Origin: Desulfatiglandales bacterium
GTDB taxonomy: Bacteria > Desulfobacterota > DSM-4660 > Desulfatiglandales > Desulfatiglandaceae
Assembly (NCBI GenBank): GCA_963666345.1
Contig: OY762721.1
Coordinates: 384,001-448,000 of the forward strand
Length of the DNA stretch: 64,000 nucleotides
Direction: 5' to 3'
In this document: positions 20,766 to 32,094 of the stretch, piece after piece
Layout: the number at the start of each line of letters is the position of its first letter
Numbering within the stretch: position 1 is the stretch's first letter
Translations under genes and position numbers: made by a program
The notes under the pieces: model-generated
What the model was told of the DNA's origin: nothing
The model's database searches: none
Seen by the model: the letters and a program-made list of their open reading frames with translations, nothing else

Positions 20766-21605
20766 CTATCCGATGATCTCAAGACTCAGGTCCGCCGCCT
20801 TGACTGAGTGGGTAAGCGCCCCCACGGATATAAAATCAACGCCGGTTTTTGCGACCTCTTCGATATTATCCAGCGTGATGTTGCCGGATGCCTCGATAAC
20901 CGCCCTTTTATCCACAAGCATTACCGCCTCTTTCATCTGATCAATGCCCATGTTATCAAGCATTATTATGTCCGCGCCCCCCTCAAGCGCCTGCCTTACG
21001 CCAGCTATATCAACCACCTCTATTTCCACCTTCAGGGTGTGGGGCGAATTGGCCCTTGCAAGCTCGATCGCCTGTTTTATGGAACCTGCAGCGGCTATAT
21101 GGTTATCCTTTATCAGTATCCCGTCAAACAGACCAAGCCTGTGGTTCCGGCCCCCGCCCGTTTTGACTGCATATTTGTCAAGAAGCCTCAATCCGGGCAC
21201 CGTCTTTCTTGTATCAAGGACCATGGCACCGTACGGAACCGCCTTTTGCACGTAACGCATCGTCTGAGTGGCTATCCCGCTCATCCTCTGGAGGAAATTA
21301 AGCGCTGTCCTTTCAGCCTTCAGGATCGGCATAAGGGGTCCTTCAATCACGCATATCCTTTCATCCGGGCCGATAAGGGCGCCCTCGGGGAAAAGCACTT
21401 CAAATGCCGTCTCTGCGCTCACAAGCTCAAACACCTTTTTGAAGACAGGTATGCCGGCCAGCACGCACTCGCTTCGACTCAGCAGCTCCGCCCTCCCCTT
21501 TGCGTCAGGGGCAAGGATACTCTCGGAGGTCACGTCACCTGCGGCCGCATCCTCTTCAAGGGCCGTCATTATAAGCTTTTCAATAAAGGGATTGTTTTCA
21601 ATCAT
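20766..21605 (-). CDS. nadC: Nicotinate-nucleotide diphosphorylase (QPRTase)
   Basis: LEED..GDVT, ERTALN, DTRKT, HRLGL, IKDNH, MLDN, EASGNI. Confidence 0.96.
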   Translation of the reverse strand: MIENNPFIEKLIMTALEEDAAAGDVTSESILAPDAKGRAELLSRSECVLAGIPVFKKVFELVSAETAFEVLFPEGALIGPDERICVIEGPLMPILKAERTALNFLQRMSGIATQTMRYVQKAVPYGAMVLDTRKTVPGLRLLDKYAVKTGGGRNHRLGLFDGILIKDNHIAAAGSIKQAIELARANSPHTLKVEIEVVDIAGVRQALEGGADIIMLDNMGIDQMKEAVMLVDKRAVIEASGNITLDNIEEVAKTGVDFISVGALTHSVKAADLSLEIIG

Positions 21606-24249
21606 TGATCGACTCGAAAAATTTCAGGTTCTGGTTAAGTTTTTCCAGCTTCAACACCCAGGCCTCCACCTTAGCTTTCACCTCGCGTACTATCTCTTTG
21701 GGCGCTTTTTTCAGGAAACCCTCGTTTGCAAGCTTTTTCTGTGAAAGGGACATCTCCTTTTCAATCTTCGCTATCTCTTTATTGAGCCTTCTCTTTTCCT
21801 CTTCAAAATCGATCAACCCCTTAAGAATCACGTGCGCCTGTATCCTTCCGTAAACCGCAGTTGCGGAGGCATCAGGCTTTGCCATGCCTGATTCTACGGC
21901 AAGCTCCCCGGCCCTGGCCAGTGTTTTTATATGCGATGAATTTCTCTTGATGATCTCCGCCTCAGAGTCGTCCGGCACATCCATTACTACATTCAATTTC
22001 TTGGACGGCGGTATGTTCATCTCACCCCGTATATTTCGAATACCGGTAATGACACCCATCAGAAGAGCCATCTCCTTTTCGGCATCCTCGTCGAGCACGA
22101 ACTCGTCAGCCTCAGGGAACCTGGCGGCCATTATACTGCCTTCGGTCCCAGGCAGTTTCTGCCATATCTCCTCAGTCACAAAGGGCATAAAGGGATGGAG
22201 AAGTTTCAGAGAAGCCTTGAGGACCTCAAGCGAAGTCCTGGCGGCGGAGCGCTTCAGTGCCTCGTCCTGTCCGTACAGATTCTGTTTCGCCATCTCCAGA
22301 TACCAGTCACAAAGTTCATGCCATACGAACTGGTAGCACAGGGCTGATGCCTCGTTGAACCGGTACTCATCGATCGCCTTTGAAATCTCCCCACTCACGC
22401 GCCCAAGCCTCGACAGAATCCATTTTTCCTCAAGAGTACCCGACCTTTCCGACTCCGAAGCGACAAGCTCAGGGTCAAGATTGATGAGCACGAAGCGCGC
22501 GGCGTTCCATATCTTGTTTACGAAGTGGCGGTACCCTATGATCCTTTCCTCTGAAAGCTTTATATCCCTTCCCGGTGCGGCCAGCGCCGAAAGAGTGAAG
22601 CGGAACGCGTCGGTTCCGAATTCGTCCATTACCTCGAGAGGATCGATTACGTTGCCCTTTGACTTGCTCATCTTTTTGCCTTCCGCGTCTCTTACCAGGG
22701 CATGGATATAAACCTCCTTGAACGGGACCTTTCCCATGAAGTGGAGTCCCATCATCATCATCCTGGCCACCCAGAAGAAGAGGATATCAAAACCCGTGAC
22801 CAGGACCGATGTCGGGTAATAAAAATCAAGTTCCTTTGTCTTGTCCGGCCAGCCGAGCGTTGAAAAAGGCCACAGTCCCGAGCTGAACCAGGTATCGAGT
22901 ACATCGGTTTCCTGGACAAGCCGCCGGCTTTTACAGGCCTTACAGGTCACGGGCGCCTCTTTTGCCACATGCACCTCTCCGCACTTTTCGCAGTACCAGG
23001 CGGGTATCCTGTGACCCCACCAGATCTGTCTGGAAACGCACCAGTCCCTGATGTTATCCATCCACTCGAAGTATACTCCTTCCCAGTTCCCCGGAAATAT
23101 GCGGGTATTTCCTTCCTTTACCGCCCTGCTCGCGACCTCGGCAAGCGGCTTAGTCTTAACGAACCACTGTTTGGAAAGAAGAGGCTCAATCATGGTCTTA
23201 CAGCGGTAGCAGTGTCCTACCGCGTTTTGGTAGAGCTCCATTTTAACAAGCTGCCCCGACTCCTTCAGGTCCTCGACTATCTTCTCTCTGCATTCAAACC
23301 GGTCCAGTCCGGTATAGGAACCCGCAAATTCATTCATGCGCCCGTCTTCGTCAAACACCTTTATCCTTTCAAGGCCATGCCTGTTTCCTATCTCAAAGTC
23401 ATTGAGATCATGGGCGGGTGTGATCTTGAGAGCACCGGTACCGAACCCGACATCCACGTATCCGTCATATATCACCGGAATCGGTTTGTTCAATATCGGA
23501 AGAAGCACATGTTTGCCGGAAAGATCGCGGTAACGCTCATCCTCCGGATTGACAGCCACGGCCGTATCACCCAGCATGGTCTCAGGCCTGGTAGTAGCCA
23601 CTATCAGGTGACCGTCGCATTTTTCAAAGGGATATTTTATGTAATAGAGGAAGCTGTCACGATCTTCGTGTTCGACTTCGATATCGGCAAGCGCTGTGTG
23701 GCATCTCGGACACCAGTTTATAATATAATCACCGCGGTAAACGAGTCCTTCTTCGTAAAGCCTTACAAATACCTCCTTTACGGCCCTGGACAAACCCTCA
23801 TCCATGGTAAAGCGCTCCCTGCTCCAGTCACACGCGCAACCAAGCCTCCTGAGCTGGTTAAGGATGAGGCCTCCGTATTTTTTTCTCCACTCCCACACCA
23901 TTTCGATGAATTTGTCACGGCCGACTTCGTGCCTGTCCGTACCCTTTTCCGCCAGTGCTCTTTCCACGACGTTCTGTGTGGCGATACCGGCATGATCCGT
24001 GCCGGGTTGCCATAGCACGTTGAAGCCCTTCATCTTCTTGTACCTGCACAGGACATCCTGCAGGGTATTGTTCAACGCGTGACCCATGTGAAGGGTGCCG
24101 GTTACATTGGGAGGCGGAATGACTATGCAAAACGGGGTGCCCTCACCTTCCACATCCCCCTTGAAATGACCGTTTTCCTCCCAGTATTCATACCATCTCT
24201 TTTCAGCATCGCTGTGCTCATAGGCCTTGGCCATGATCTCGTCGTTCAT
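21598..24249 (-). CDS. valS: Valine--tRNA ligase
   Basis: PPPNVTG, HMGH, DHAGIATQ, WCVSRQIWWGH, KMSKS, C-terminal coiled coil. Confidence 0.97.
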   Translation of the reverse strand: MNDEIMAKAYEHSDAEKRWYEYWEENGHFKGDVEGEGTPFCIVIPPPNVTGTLHMGHALNNTLQDVLCRYKKMKGFNVLWQPGTDHAGIATQNVVERALAEKGTDRHEVGRDKFIEMVWEWRKKYGGLILNQLRRLGCACDWSRERFTMDEGLSRAVKEVFVRLYEEGLVYRGDYIINWCPRCHTALADIEVEHEDRDSFLYYIKYPFEKCDGHLIVATTRPETMLGDTAVAVNPEDERYRDLSGKHVLLPILNKPIPVIYDGYVDVGFGTGALKITPAHDLNDFEIGNRHGLERIKVFDEDGRMNEFAGSYTGLDRFECREKIVEDLKESGQLVKMELYQNAVGHCYRCKTMIEPLLSKQWFVKTKPLAEVASRAVKEGNTRIFPGNWEGVYFEWMDNIRDWCVSRQIWWGHRIPAWYCEKCGEVHVAKEAPVTCKACKSRRLVQETDVLDTWFSSGLWPFSTLGWPDKTKELDFYYPTSVLVTGFDILFFWVARMMMMGLHFMGKVPFKEVYIHALVRDAEGKKMSKSKGNVIDPLEVMDEFGTDAFRFTLSALAAPGRDIKLSEERIIGYRHFVNKIWNAARFVLINLDPELVASESERSGTLEEKWILSRLGRVSGEISKAIDEYRFNEASALCYQFVWHELCDWYLEMAKQNLYGQDEALKRSAARTSLEVLKASLKLLHPFMPFVTEEIWQKLPGTEGSIMAARFPEADEFVLDEDAEKEMALLMGVITGIRNIRGEMNIPPSKKLNVVMDVPDDSEAEIIKRNSSHIKTLARAGELAVESGMAKPDASATAVYGRIQAHVILKGLIDFEEEKRRLNKEIAKIEKEMSLSQKKLANEGFLKKAPKEIVREVKAKVEAWVLKLEKLNQNLKFFESIND

Positions 24250-24416
24250 AAGTAAGTGACTCCTTGCTCTGTAATCCCCCTGCGGGGGACAGGCATTAAA
24301 TTCTCCGCCCCTTGAGGCAAAATTAAATATTTTGCGGGTATTTCATTTTTTAATCGGTTAATCTACCAGTAACATTGAGCTTCATCAACTGCAATAAAGC
24401 CGCGCCCGGAAAAATC

Positions 24417-24446
24417 AAAAAGGGGGTTGCATCCTTCACAACCCCC
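24417..24446 (-). terminator. Rho-independent terminator
   Basis: Minus strand reads gggggttg-loop-caaccccc followed by a T run, downstream of the acidic ORF. Confidence 0.65.
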
Positions 24447-24501
24447 ATATCTATTGCAATATAAACCAGATTAGAATCAGGATGTTCATTAAACCGTAAG
24501 T

Positions 24502-25260
24502 TTATTTCGACTCGGCCTCGATGCTCTCCTTGAGGGCATCGATAGCCTCTCTTATTACTTTCTCAGCAACATCGGAGACTGTTTTACGGACCACCTTTTC
24601 AACGGTTCTTTCAACCGCGGCCGTTATAATCTCTTCAAGCCTCTCCTGAGGGATAACGGCTGAAATCCCCGCCTCCTGCGGGACCTCAAGCTGCTCAGCT
24701 TTTTCAATTTCTTCACTCAGGGGATCAACCGTTTCGCTGAAATCCTCCAGAGGTATTTCAGGGGGCATCTTGTCTTCTTCGTCTTCTTCAAGCTCGATAT
24801 CTTCAAGAAACGACTCCTCCTCGCTTTTGATAAACGCCGGTACAGGAGAAATCACATCTTCAAAGGCCGTGTCAGAAGCGGCTTGCTCATTCGGTTCAAT
24901 CTCATCGAGGTCCTCAAAGGCGGTATCAGCCAGGTCGTTTTCAAGATCAGTAAAATCAAGATCCCCGGGGTCTTTCTCTTCACCAGCTGGGTCGCTTTCA
25001 GGAGCAGCCTCAAGATCATATCCTTCGTCCAGGTCCAGATTCTCTTCAATCATGTCGTCGTCCAGAAGTACTGCGATGTCATCTTCAGCCTCATCAGGTT
25101 CTTTCTCTTCTCCATCTTCTAAAATGATATCGGTAAGTTCTATGACATCATCTTCCATATAATTTTTGTCATCGGAAAGGCCCTCAAATTCAAACTCCGG
25201 AGAATCATCCTCTCCGTTTTTGCTGCCGTCAAAAAGCTCATCATCGGTTTTCATAGACAT
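24502..25260 (-). CDS. Highly acidic, probably disordered protein with a C-terminal helical domain (PopZ/RomR-C-like)
   Basis: D/E-rich body, DDVIELTD motif, C-terminal LEEIITAAVERTVEKVVRKTVSDVAEKVIREAI; lies upstream of valS. Confidence 0.7.
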   Translation of the reverse strand: MSMKTDDELFDGSKNGEDDSPEFEFEGLSDDKNYMEDDVIELTDIILEDGEEKEPDEAEDDIAVLLDDDMIEENLDLDEGYDLEAAPESDPAGEEKDPGDLDFTDLENDLADTAFEDLDEIEPNEQAASDTAFEDVISPVPAFIKSEEESFLEDIELEEDEEDKMPPEIPLEDFSETVDPLSEEIEKAEQLEVPQEAGISAVIPQERLEEIITAAVERTVEKVVRKTVSDVAEKVIREAIDALKESIEAESK

Positions 25261-25523
25261 ACTCCATATGCCGTCAAAAAAACTGTTTTAAGGAACAAAA
25301 TCTGCCCGCTAGATAGCACAGGGCCACTATATTGTCAAGATATTGAAATCTATTCCAAATCTCCATGAATCGAGCTTAAAAGCGAATTTATCCCCAAGGT
25401 CAACAAAAAAACCGCCGTGCGCATGGGAAAACCCCGCCCCAGAAAAAGCAGAGATCAAGGGCATCGCATTCGATCAAGTATCCTTGATTTTGATAAAAGA
25501 ATCTGCTAGCGTCATAATTTTAC

Positions 25524-25600
25524 GGGCGATTAGCTCAGCTGGATAGAGCGTTGGTCTCCGGAACCAGAGGTCGCGCGTTCGAATCGCGCATCGCCCGCCA
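25524..25600 (+). tRNA. tRNA-Arg(CCG)
   Basis: Acceptor stem gggcgat/atcgccc, D arm agctcagctggatagagc, anticodon loop ctCCGga, T loop gttcgaatc, encoded CCA. Confidence 0.97.
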
Positions 25601-25608
25601 GTAAATTC

Positions 25609-25648
25609 AAGGGGTTATATCACTTACAGGATATAGCCCCTTTTTTTA
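25609..25648 (+). terminator. Rho-independent terminator after the tRNA
   Basis: ggggttatat...atatagcccc followed by a T run. Confidence 0.75.
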
Positions 25649-25735
25649 TCCAACCCTATATCCAACCTGCAGGAAAGACTTCAATAGAAAAAATGGCCCC
25701 CTTTGGGGACCAAATTCTGTGATTGATGTTTTAAC

Positions 25736-26506
25736 TTAAGTCGTTTGCGGTTCTGGGCTATTTTCTGCCCAATCTGGCTTGAGGCTGTAATTCCAATATG
25801 TATTCTCAGAGGTTAGGGTGGGAACCCAGCTATTTTTCTGATACTTATAATCATAGCGCACAGGGTAATAGTAAGTAGAAAATCCCCTTTCGTTTTCACA
25901 AAAAATCTCTACATTCATTGAGAGTTCTGGCTTATTTTTGGGGTCGGTCTCTTTTTCAAAGGTTTTTTGAATGTAATCAGATACCCTCAGGCTAATTGTT
26001 TCAATTGTGACACATTTTTTAATTTCATTAAAGTCCTCTTCATTAATGAGACCTAATATTTTATGCAAATCTAGCCACGAGAAATGCCCCGTCTTTTCTT
26101 CCATGTATTGAAGGTTCCAATATTCAGAGCCATTATAGGAAGGAGAAAAATCGAGTTGTACTCCGTCTGCCGTAAAATTACAGTTAACCCGAGCAGCTAA
26201 GGGCAATTCTGAGAGATTTTTTATTTTGAAGCGAGTATCGTAAGTAAATTTTTTATGGGGATATATAGCATAAGCAATTATCGGCCGATATGAATGCTCA
26301 AGTCTATCTCTGCTTATCTGGGCGCTTTCCTGTTCAGCCTTTCTAATCTGGGAGGTCTCCCAAGTGTACCAAAGGACTATAATAGCCGTTAAGGCCAGAA
26401 TTACATTTGATTGAACACTTGCACTAATTGTATATCCACTGCTTATTTGGGAAAAAATGCTGAACGCCACAACAACGAGCAACAAAAATACAAATATGTA
26501 TTTCAT
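25736..26506 (-). CDS. Hypothetical membrane protein (two N-terminal hydrophobic segments), island gene
   Basis: RBS GGAGG before ATG 26506; AT-rich sequence; ILALTAIIVLWYTWET helix. Confidence 0.7.
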   Translation of the reverse strand: MKYIFVFLLLVVVAFSIFSQISSGYTISASVQSNVILALTAIIVLWYTWETSQIRKAEQESAQISRDRLEHSYRPIIAYAIYPHKKFTYDTRFKIKNLSELPLAARVNCNFTADGVQLDFSPSYNGSEYWNLQYMEEKTGHFSWLDLHKILGLINEEDFNEIKKCVTIETISLRVSDYIQKTFEKETDPKNKPELSMNVEIFCENERGFSTYYYPVRYDYKYQKNSWVPTLTSENTYWNYSLKPDWAENSPEPQTT

Positions 26507-27731
26507 AGGAAACAACCTCCCTTCTTGTTTATGGTTTCCTGCCAGCACCAAGAGCAAGCGAAATAAACTCTTCAGGCTGGCTATTTGATTTAACGATTCA
26601 GGTTTTCAGAAAATCGTTTTTCTTCATATAAGAAATCCTTATAGGACATAAAAAAAGTTAAGCATTTGATTCTTTAATATGCTGAACAAGTTTTTTTAGT
26701 TGATTCTCAAGATCAAGGGTTGAAAAATCTGCGGGACGCCTCACAACTTCTCTGGCGACTCTCACCTTATCTATGGGTTTGCCCTTTTTTATCTTTGTCA
26801 CATCATTAACCTCTGACCACCCAATGTGTTTATATGACCTTGGATGAACTGCCTCGACTGCTTCATTAAGCGTGTTTTCTGGGATGTAATTTTCAATTGT
26901 CCTGCCCTTAGTGATCCAAGCGATTGCCCCATTTTCTTTGAAGTTGTCTCTGACCCGTCTTTTCGTTGCGTTAGGCCATCCAAGAGGTTTCTTCTTATCA
27001 CTGTCTATCAATATACAGGAATTCCTATTTAATCTGCAGAGCTGGATAAAATCATCAACCTCTGGATCGTCATAGGTGAGATGGCTGAGCAATCGGCCAC
27101 CATAAAACATAATACTGTAATGAAGGCCTTCAATAAAATGGGGTGCTTTGCCTTTTATCCAATGGTTTAAATATATTCGATCAGAGGGTCCCTCTACCCA
27201 AATGACATAATTTGATTGCAGGATATCGCTTGCCCTAAAGCCAAGATCCAAAAGTACAGTGCTTTTTTGAAGATATGTTGTTGCAAGAATGCATTCTGTG
27301 TGGTCGTCTACAAGTCTGCAATGGTAAATATTAACATCTTCAAGATCAAAAAAGGCGTTTGAATGAGTAGCGATAAAATACTGGTTGTTTGTTTTATCTT
27401 GAATGTATTTTATGAATTTTTTTTGCAGCTCGGGATGTAAATGTATCTCTGGCTCTTCAATACAAAAAACCACACCATCGTATACTGTGACAGATGCTGC
27501 GAGGATAATTAATTCGTGGATTCCCGTTCCAAGAGATTGCAACGGCAAAATTTTGTCCCTAATCGATACATTAACAACATCTTCGGTAGCAGGTATTTGC
27601 AGAAATGTTTCGGGTTCTGTGAATCGGCATGCAAAAATGACCCACCTATAGGGCGAATCGGCGTCCAAAATTGACCCACCCCTGAAAGCCTTCTATTCTG
27701 CTGTGACTATGGTAGAAGGAGGCGGAAAGGG

Positions 27732-29249
27732 ATGCTCACAGTGGAAACAATCCGTAAGATACGATTAGCTGTTCTCAGAGATGGCAAATCCATACGTCAG
27801 ACAGCGAAGGATCTGCGCCTTAGCAAAAATACAGTAAAAAAGGCGATAAGGAGCGGAGAAACATCTTTTCAGTACGAACGAAGCAACCAGCCAAGACCCA
27901 AGCTGGGGCCGTTTATAGACATGCTGAAAGGCTTTCTGGAAGAAGACGAGAAACTGCCCAAAAAACTGCGCAGGACAGCCCAGATACTTTTTGAAGAGCT
28001 GCAACTCAACGGCTACGAAGGTGGCTATGACAGCGTACGGAGATATGTTCAAAGATGGCGCCAGGATCAAAGGAGCTTGCCAAAGGAGGTATTTATACCT
28101 TTGGTATTTGATCCTGCAGAAGCCTTTCAGTTTGACTGGAGTCATGAGTGGGTAGATCTGGACGGAAGCAGAGTAAAGGCAAAGGTTGCACATATAAGGT
28201 TATGTCACAGCCGCTACTTCCTTTGTATTGCCTACCCCAGAGAAACCCAGGAGATGGTGTTTGATGCCCATATCAGGGCCTTTGAGTTTTTTGGGGGAGT
28301 TTGCCGTAAAGGCATCTATGACAATCTCAAAACAGTGGTTAACAAGATCCTGGGAGGAAGGGAAAGACAGTTCAACAGCCGCTTCAGCCAACTGTGTTCC
28401 CATTATTTATTTGAACCGGTAAGCTGCACCCCTGCTGCAGGTTGGGAAAAGGGTCAGGTGGAAAACCAGGTAGGTGTGGTCAGAAGGAGATTTTTCACTC
28501 CCCGAATCAAGGCCAGGGATTTCACACACCTAAACGAGCTGCTTAGAGAACAATGCATCACCTGGGCAAAGACCCGTAAGCATCCAACAATATCTGATAA
28601 GACGGTTTGGCAGGTCTACAGTGAAGAGAGACCCTATCTGATAAATCTACCACCTCTCTTTGATGGATATGCACAACGTCCAGCCAGGGTTACCCCCAGC
28701 TCACTTGTAACCTATGACCGGAACCGATACAGCGTTAATTGCAGCCAGGTGGGTAAAGCGGTCTATATGAGAGTATATGCCGATCGGATAGTGATAGTAA
28801 ATAACGGTTGTATCGTAGGAGAGCATGATAGGCATTTTGGAAAGAACAAGACTATTTTTAATCCCTGGCATTATGTCCCGGTCCTTGAACGTAAGCCCGG
28901 GGCTCTCCGTAATGGAGCCCCCTTTAAAGACTGGCAACTTCCCGATCCTGTCGAAGGCGTCCTAAATGGGCTTCAAAACCGTTTTTCCGACTGGGACCGT
29001 CAGTTTGTGGCCATTCTAAATGCTGTTCCTTTCTACGGACTTGAGGCTGTAAGTAAAGCCTGTAAGGAGGCCCTAAAGATAAGGGCCGTAAGTAAAGAGG
29101 TGGTTCTCAATCTTTTAAACAGGGATCAGGATCAGGATTGCACGCCTGATTTGGGTATCCCCTCCCATCTGATTCTCAAGCAAGAGCCCATAGCAGACTG
29201 CCGCCGCTATGAACGTTTGGTAAGGGAGGGATACCATGCTGCGCAATGA
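27732..29249 (+). CDS. istA: IS21 transposase
   Basis: N-terminal HTH, QFDW, YDNLKT, EKGQVE DDE motifs. Confidence 0.95.
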   Translation: MLTVETIRKIRLAVLRDGKSIRQTAKDLRLSKNTVKKAIRSGETSFQYERSNQPRPKLGPFIDMLKGFLEEDEKLPKKLRRTAQILFEELQLNGYEGGYDSVRRYVQRWRQDQRSLPKEVFIPLVFDPAEAFQFDWSHEWVDLDGSRVKAKVAHIRLCHSRYFLCIAYPRETQEMVFDAHIRAFEFFGGVCRKGIYDNLKTVVNKILGGRERQFNSRFSQLCSHYLFEPVSCTPAAGWEKGQVENQVGVVRRRFFTPRIKARDFTHLNELLREQCITWAKTRKHPTISDKTVWQVYSEERPYLINLPPLFDGYAQRPARVTPSSLVTYDRNRYSVNCSQVGKAVYMRVYADRIVIVNNGCIVGEHDRHFGKNKTIFNPWHYVPVLERKPGALRNGAPFKDWQLPDPVEGVLNGLQNRFSDWDRQFVAILNAVPFYGLEAVSKACKEALKIRAVSKEVVLNLLNRDQDQDCTPDLGIPSHLILKQEPIADCRRYERLVREGYHAAQ

Positions 29250-29967
29250 TATCATGGACCAGATGGAAAAACTAAAGTTGCGGGGTATGCAGTCCATTTA
29301 TGATGAAGTTGTCTCCAATGGACGCAAGAGCCATTCAACGCCTGAAAAGGTAATCCTGGAACTGCTCAAGGCTGAAGCTGCCGAAAGATATATAAGGAGT
29401 ATCCGATATCGTATGGGACAGGCCAGGTTTCCTGTCCTTAAAGATATCGATGGCTTTGATTTTAACGGGGCCTGTGTTGATGAAGCCCAGATTAGGTCTA
29501 TTTATCAGGGTGATTTTATAGCCGAACATATCAACCTGATTTTTGTAGGTGGCACCGGTACGGGCAAAACCCATTTAGCCATAACTATAGCGGCCCAGGC
29601 CATAAGGAATGGCAGGAAGTGCAAGTTTTATAACCTGGTGGATCTGGCAAATGAGCTTGAGCAGGAGAAAATGATTGGATTGGCCGGCAAAATCACAGCA
29701 AGACTACTTCGATTTGATCTTGTGGTCCTCGATGAACTGGGTTATCTGCCTTTTTCCAAAAACGGCAGTCAACTGCTCTTTCATCTTATATCAAAACTCT
29801 ACGAACAGACATCCATAGTAATCACCACCAACTTGACCTTCGGTGAATGGCCCCAAGTCTTTGGAGATAAAAAAATGACTACGGCCATGCTTGATCGGTT
29901 GACTCATCATTGTGAAATTATAGAAACAGGTAACGAAAGCTGGAGAATGAAACACGCAGCTTCATAG
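29236..29967 (+). CDS. istB: IS21 helper ATPase
   Basis: GGTGTGKT Walker A, LDELGY Walker B, ITTN, LDRLTHH. Confidence 0.95.
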   Translation: MLRNDIMDQMEKLKLRGMQSIYDEVVSNGRKSHSTPEKVILELLKAEAAERYIRSIRYRMGQARFPVLKDIDGFDFNGACVDEAQIRSIYQGDFIAEHINLIFVGGTGTGKTHLAITIAAQAIRNGRKCKFYNLVDLANELEQEKMIGLAGKITARLLRFDLVVLDELGYLPFSKNGSQLLFHLISKLYEQTSIVITTNLTFGEWPQVFGDKKMTTAMLDRLTHHCEIIETGNESWRMKHAAS

Positions 29968-30576
29968 ATAAAGAAGGGATCAACTACTCAACTATTTAAC
30001 CATATTTTTTTCTCAGGGGTGGGTCAATTTTGGACGCCGATGATGGGTCAATTTTCAACGCCTATTGACATCGGGTTCCCCTAAAAGCTCTTTTACAAAC
30101 TCATTTATTTTGTTGAATTTTTCTTTGTTGATGGTGTATTTAGTTAATCGAGGGGATTGCAAGTCTCTTAACTTTTTAATCAAACCCTTTCCACTTAATC
30201 CTTCCCCTTCTTCCTCAGCAGTGATCTGTCTAAAAGCACCTATAAGATAAGCCTCAAATGAGAAGTCTGCTTTATTAAAAATTGCTGCGGCAATAGCATA
30301 GGCCCTCTCTTCTGGGGTCCCTCCAGTAAATTTGCAAAGTTTGCTGGTAATATCGTTAGTAAGATCACTTGGGCAGTTCTTTAAGATTTTCTCTGCTAAA
30401 CCCATTAAAAAGGGTTGCTCTCTAACTTGTTTCCTAAGGAAATTTACAGAAAAATTGAGCCATGTGAATCGGCATGCAAAAATGACCCACCTATAGGGCG
30501 AATCGGCGTCCAAAATTGACCCACCCCTGAAAGCCTTCTATTCTGCTGTGACTATGGTAGAAGGAGGCGGAAAGGG

Positions 30577-32094
30577 ATGCTCACAGTGGAAACAATCCGT
30601 AAGATACGATTAGCTGTTCTCAGAGATGGCAAATCCATACGTCAGACAGCGAAGGATCTGCGCCTTAGCAAAAATACAGTAAAAAAGGCGATAAGGAGCG
30701 GAGAAACATCTTTTCAGTACGAACGAAGCAACCAGCCGAGACCCAAGCTAGGACCGTTTATAGACATGCTGAAAGGCTTTCTGGAAGAAGATGAGAAACT
30801 GCCCAGAAAACTGCGCAGGACAGCCCAGATACTTTTTGAAGAGCTGCAACTCAACGGCTACGAAGGTGGCTATGACAGCGTAAGGAGATATGTTCAAAGA
30901 TGGCACCAGGATCAAAGGAGCTTGCCAAAGGAGGTATTTATACCTTTGGTATTTGATCCTGCAGAAGCCTTTCAGTTTGACTGGAGTCATGAGTGGGTAG
31001 ATCTGGACGGAAGCAGAGTAAAGGCAAAGGTCGCACATATAAGGTTATGTCACAGCCGCTACTTCCTTTGTATTGCCTACCCCAGAGAGACCCAGGAGAT
31101 GGTGTTTGATGCCCATATCAGGGCCTTTGAGTTTTTTGGAGGAGTTTGCCGTAAAGGCATATATGACAATCTCAAAACAGTGGTTAACAAGATCCTGGGA
31201 GGAAGGGAAAGACAGTTCAACAGCCGCTTCAGCCAACTGTGTTCCCATTATTTATTTGAACCGGTAAGCTGCACCCCTGCTGCAGGCTGGGAAAAGGGTC
31301 AGGTGGAAAACCAGGTAGGTGTGGTCAGAAGGAGATTTTTCACTCCCCGAATCAAGGCCAGGGATTTCACACACCTAAACGAGCTGCTTAGAGAACAATG
31401 CATCACCTGGGCAAAGACCCGTAAGCATCCAACAATATCTGATAAGACGGTTTGGCAGGTCTACAGTGAAGAGAGACCCTATCTGATAAATCTACCACCT
31501 CCCTTTGATGGATATGCACAACGTCCAGCCAGGGTTACCCCCAGCTCACTTGTAACCTATGACCGGAACCGATACAGCGTTAATTGCAGCCAGGTGGGTA
31601 AAGCGGTCTATATGAGAGTATATGCCGATCGGATAGTGATAGTAAATAACGGTTGTATCGTAGGAGAGCATGATAGGCATTTTGGAAAGAACAAGACTAT
31701 TTTTAATCCCTGGCATTATGTCCCGGTCCTTGAACGTAAGCCCGGGGCTCTCCGTAATGGAGCACCCTTTAAAGACTGGCAACTTCCTCATCCTGTGCAA
31801 GGCGTCCTTAATGGGCTTCAAAACCGTTTTTCCGACTGGGACCGTCAGTTTGTGGCCATTCTAAATGCTGTCCCTTTCTACGGACTTGAGGCTGTAAGTA
31901 AAGCCTGTAAGGAGGCCCTAGAGATCAGGGCCGTAAGTAAAGAGGTGGTTCTCAATCTTTTAAACAGGGATCAGGATCAGGATTGCACGCCTGATTTGGG
32001 TATCCCCTCCCATCTGATTCTCAAGCAAGAGCCCATAGCAGACTGCCACCGCTATGAACGTTTGGTAAGGGAGGGATACCATGCTGCGCAATGA
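30577..32094 (+). CDS. istA: IS21 transposase
   Basis: 505 aa, 7 substitutions relative to copy 1. Confidence 0.95.
   Translation: MLTVETIRKIRLAVLRDGKSIRQTAKDLRLSKNTVKKAIRSGETSFQYERSNQPRPKLGPFIDMLKGFLEEDEKLPRKLRRTAQILFEELQLNGYEGGYDSVRRYVQRWHQDQRSLPKEVFIPLVFDPAEAFQFDWSHEWVDLDGSRVKAKVAHIRLCHSRYFLCIAYPRETQEMVFDAHIRAFEFFGGVCRKGIYDNLKTVVNKILGGRERQFNSRFSQLCSHYLFEPVSCTPAAGWEKGQVENQVGVVRRRFFTPRIKARDFTHLNELLREQCITWAKTRKHPTISDKTVWQVYSEERPYLINLPPPFDGYAQRPARVTPSSLVTYDRNRYSVNCSQVGKAVYMRVYADRIVIVNNGCIVGEHDRHFGKNKTIFNPWHYVPVLERKPGALRNGAPFKDWQLPHPVQGVLNGLQNRFSDWDRQFVAILNAVPFYGLEAVSKACKEALEIRAVSKEVVLNLLNRDQDQDCTPDLGIPSHLILKQEPIADCHRYERLVREGYHAAQ

Larger units (their letters stand above)
27618..30070 (+). mobile_element. 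IS21-family insertion sequence, copy 1 (2453 bp)
   Basis: TG...CA ends, two tandem terminal repeats at each end, istA-istB, flanked by the 8-bp duplication tcgggttc (27610-27617 and 30071-30078). Confidence 0.97.
26658..30462 (-). pseudogene. OLD-family ATP-dependent nuclease (ABC ATPase + TOPRIM), split by IS21 and 5'-truncated
   Basis: Fragments 30071-30462 and 26658-27617 rejoin in frame (ELLGEP/ETFL) once the IS and one copy of the 8-bp duplication are removed. Motifs LGTG, IEEPEIHLHP, IATHS, VEGPSD, DSD. The Walker A region is absent. Confidence 0.85.
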
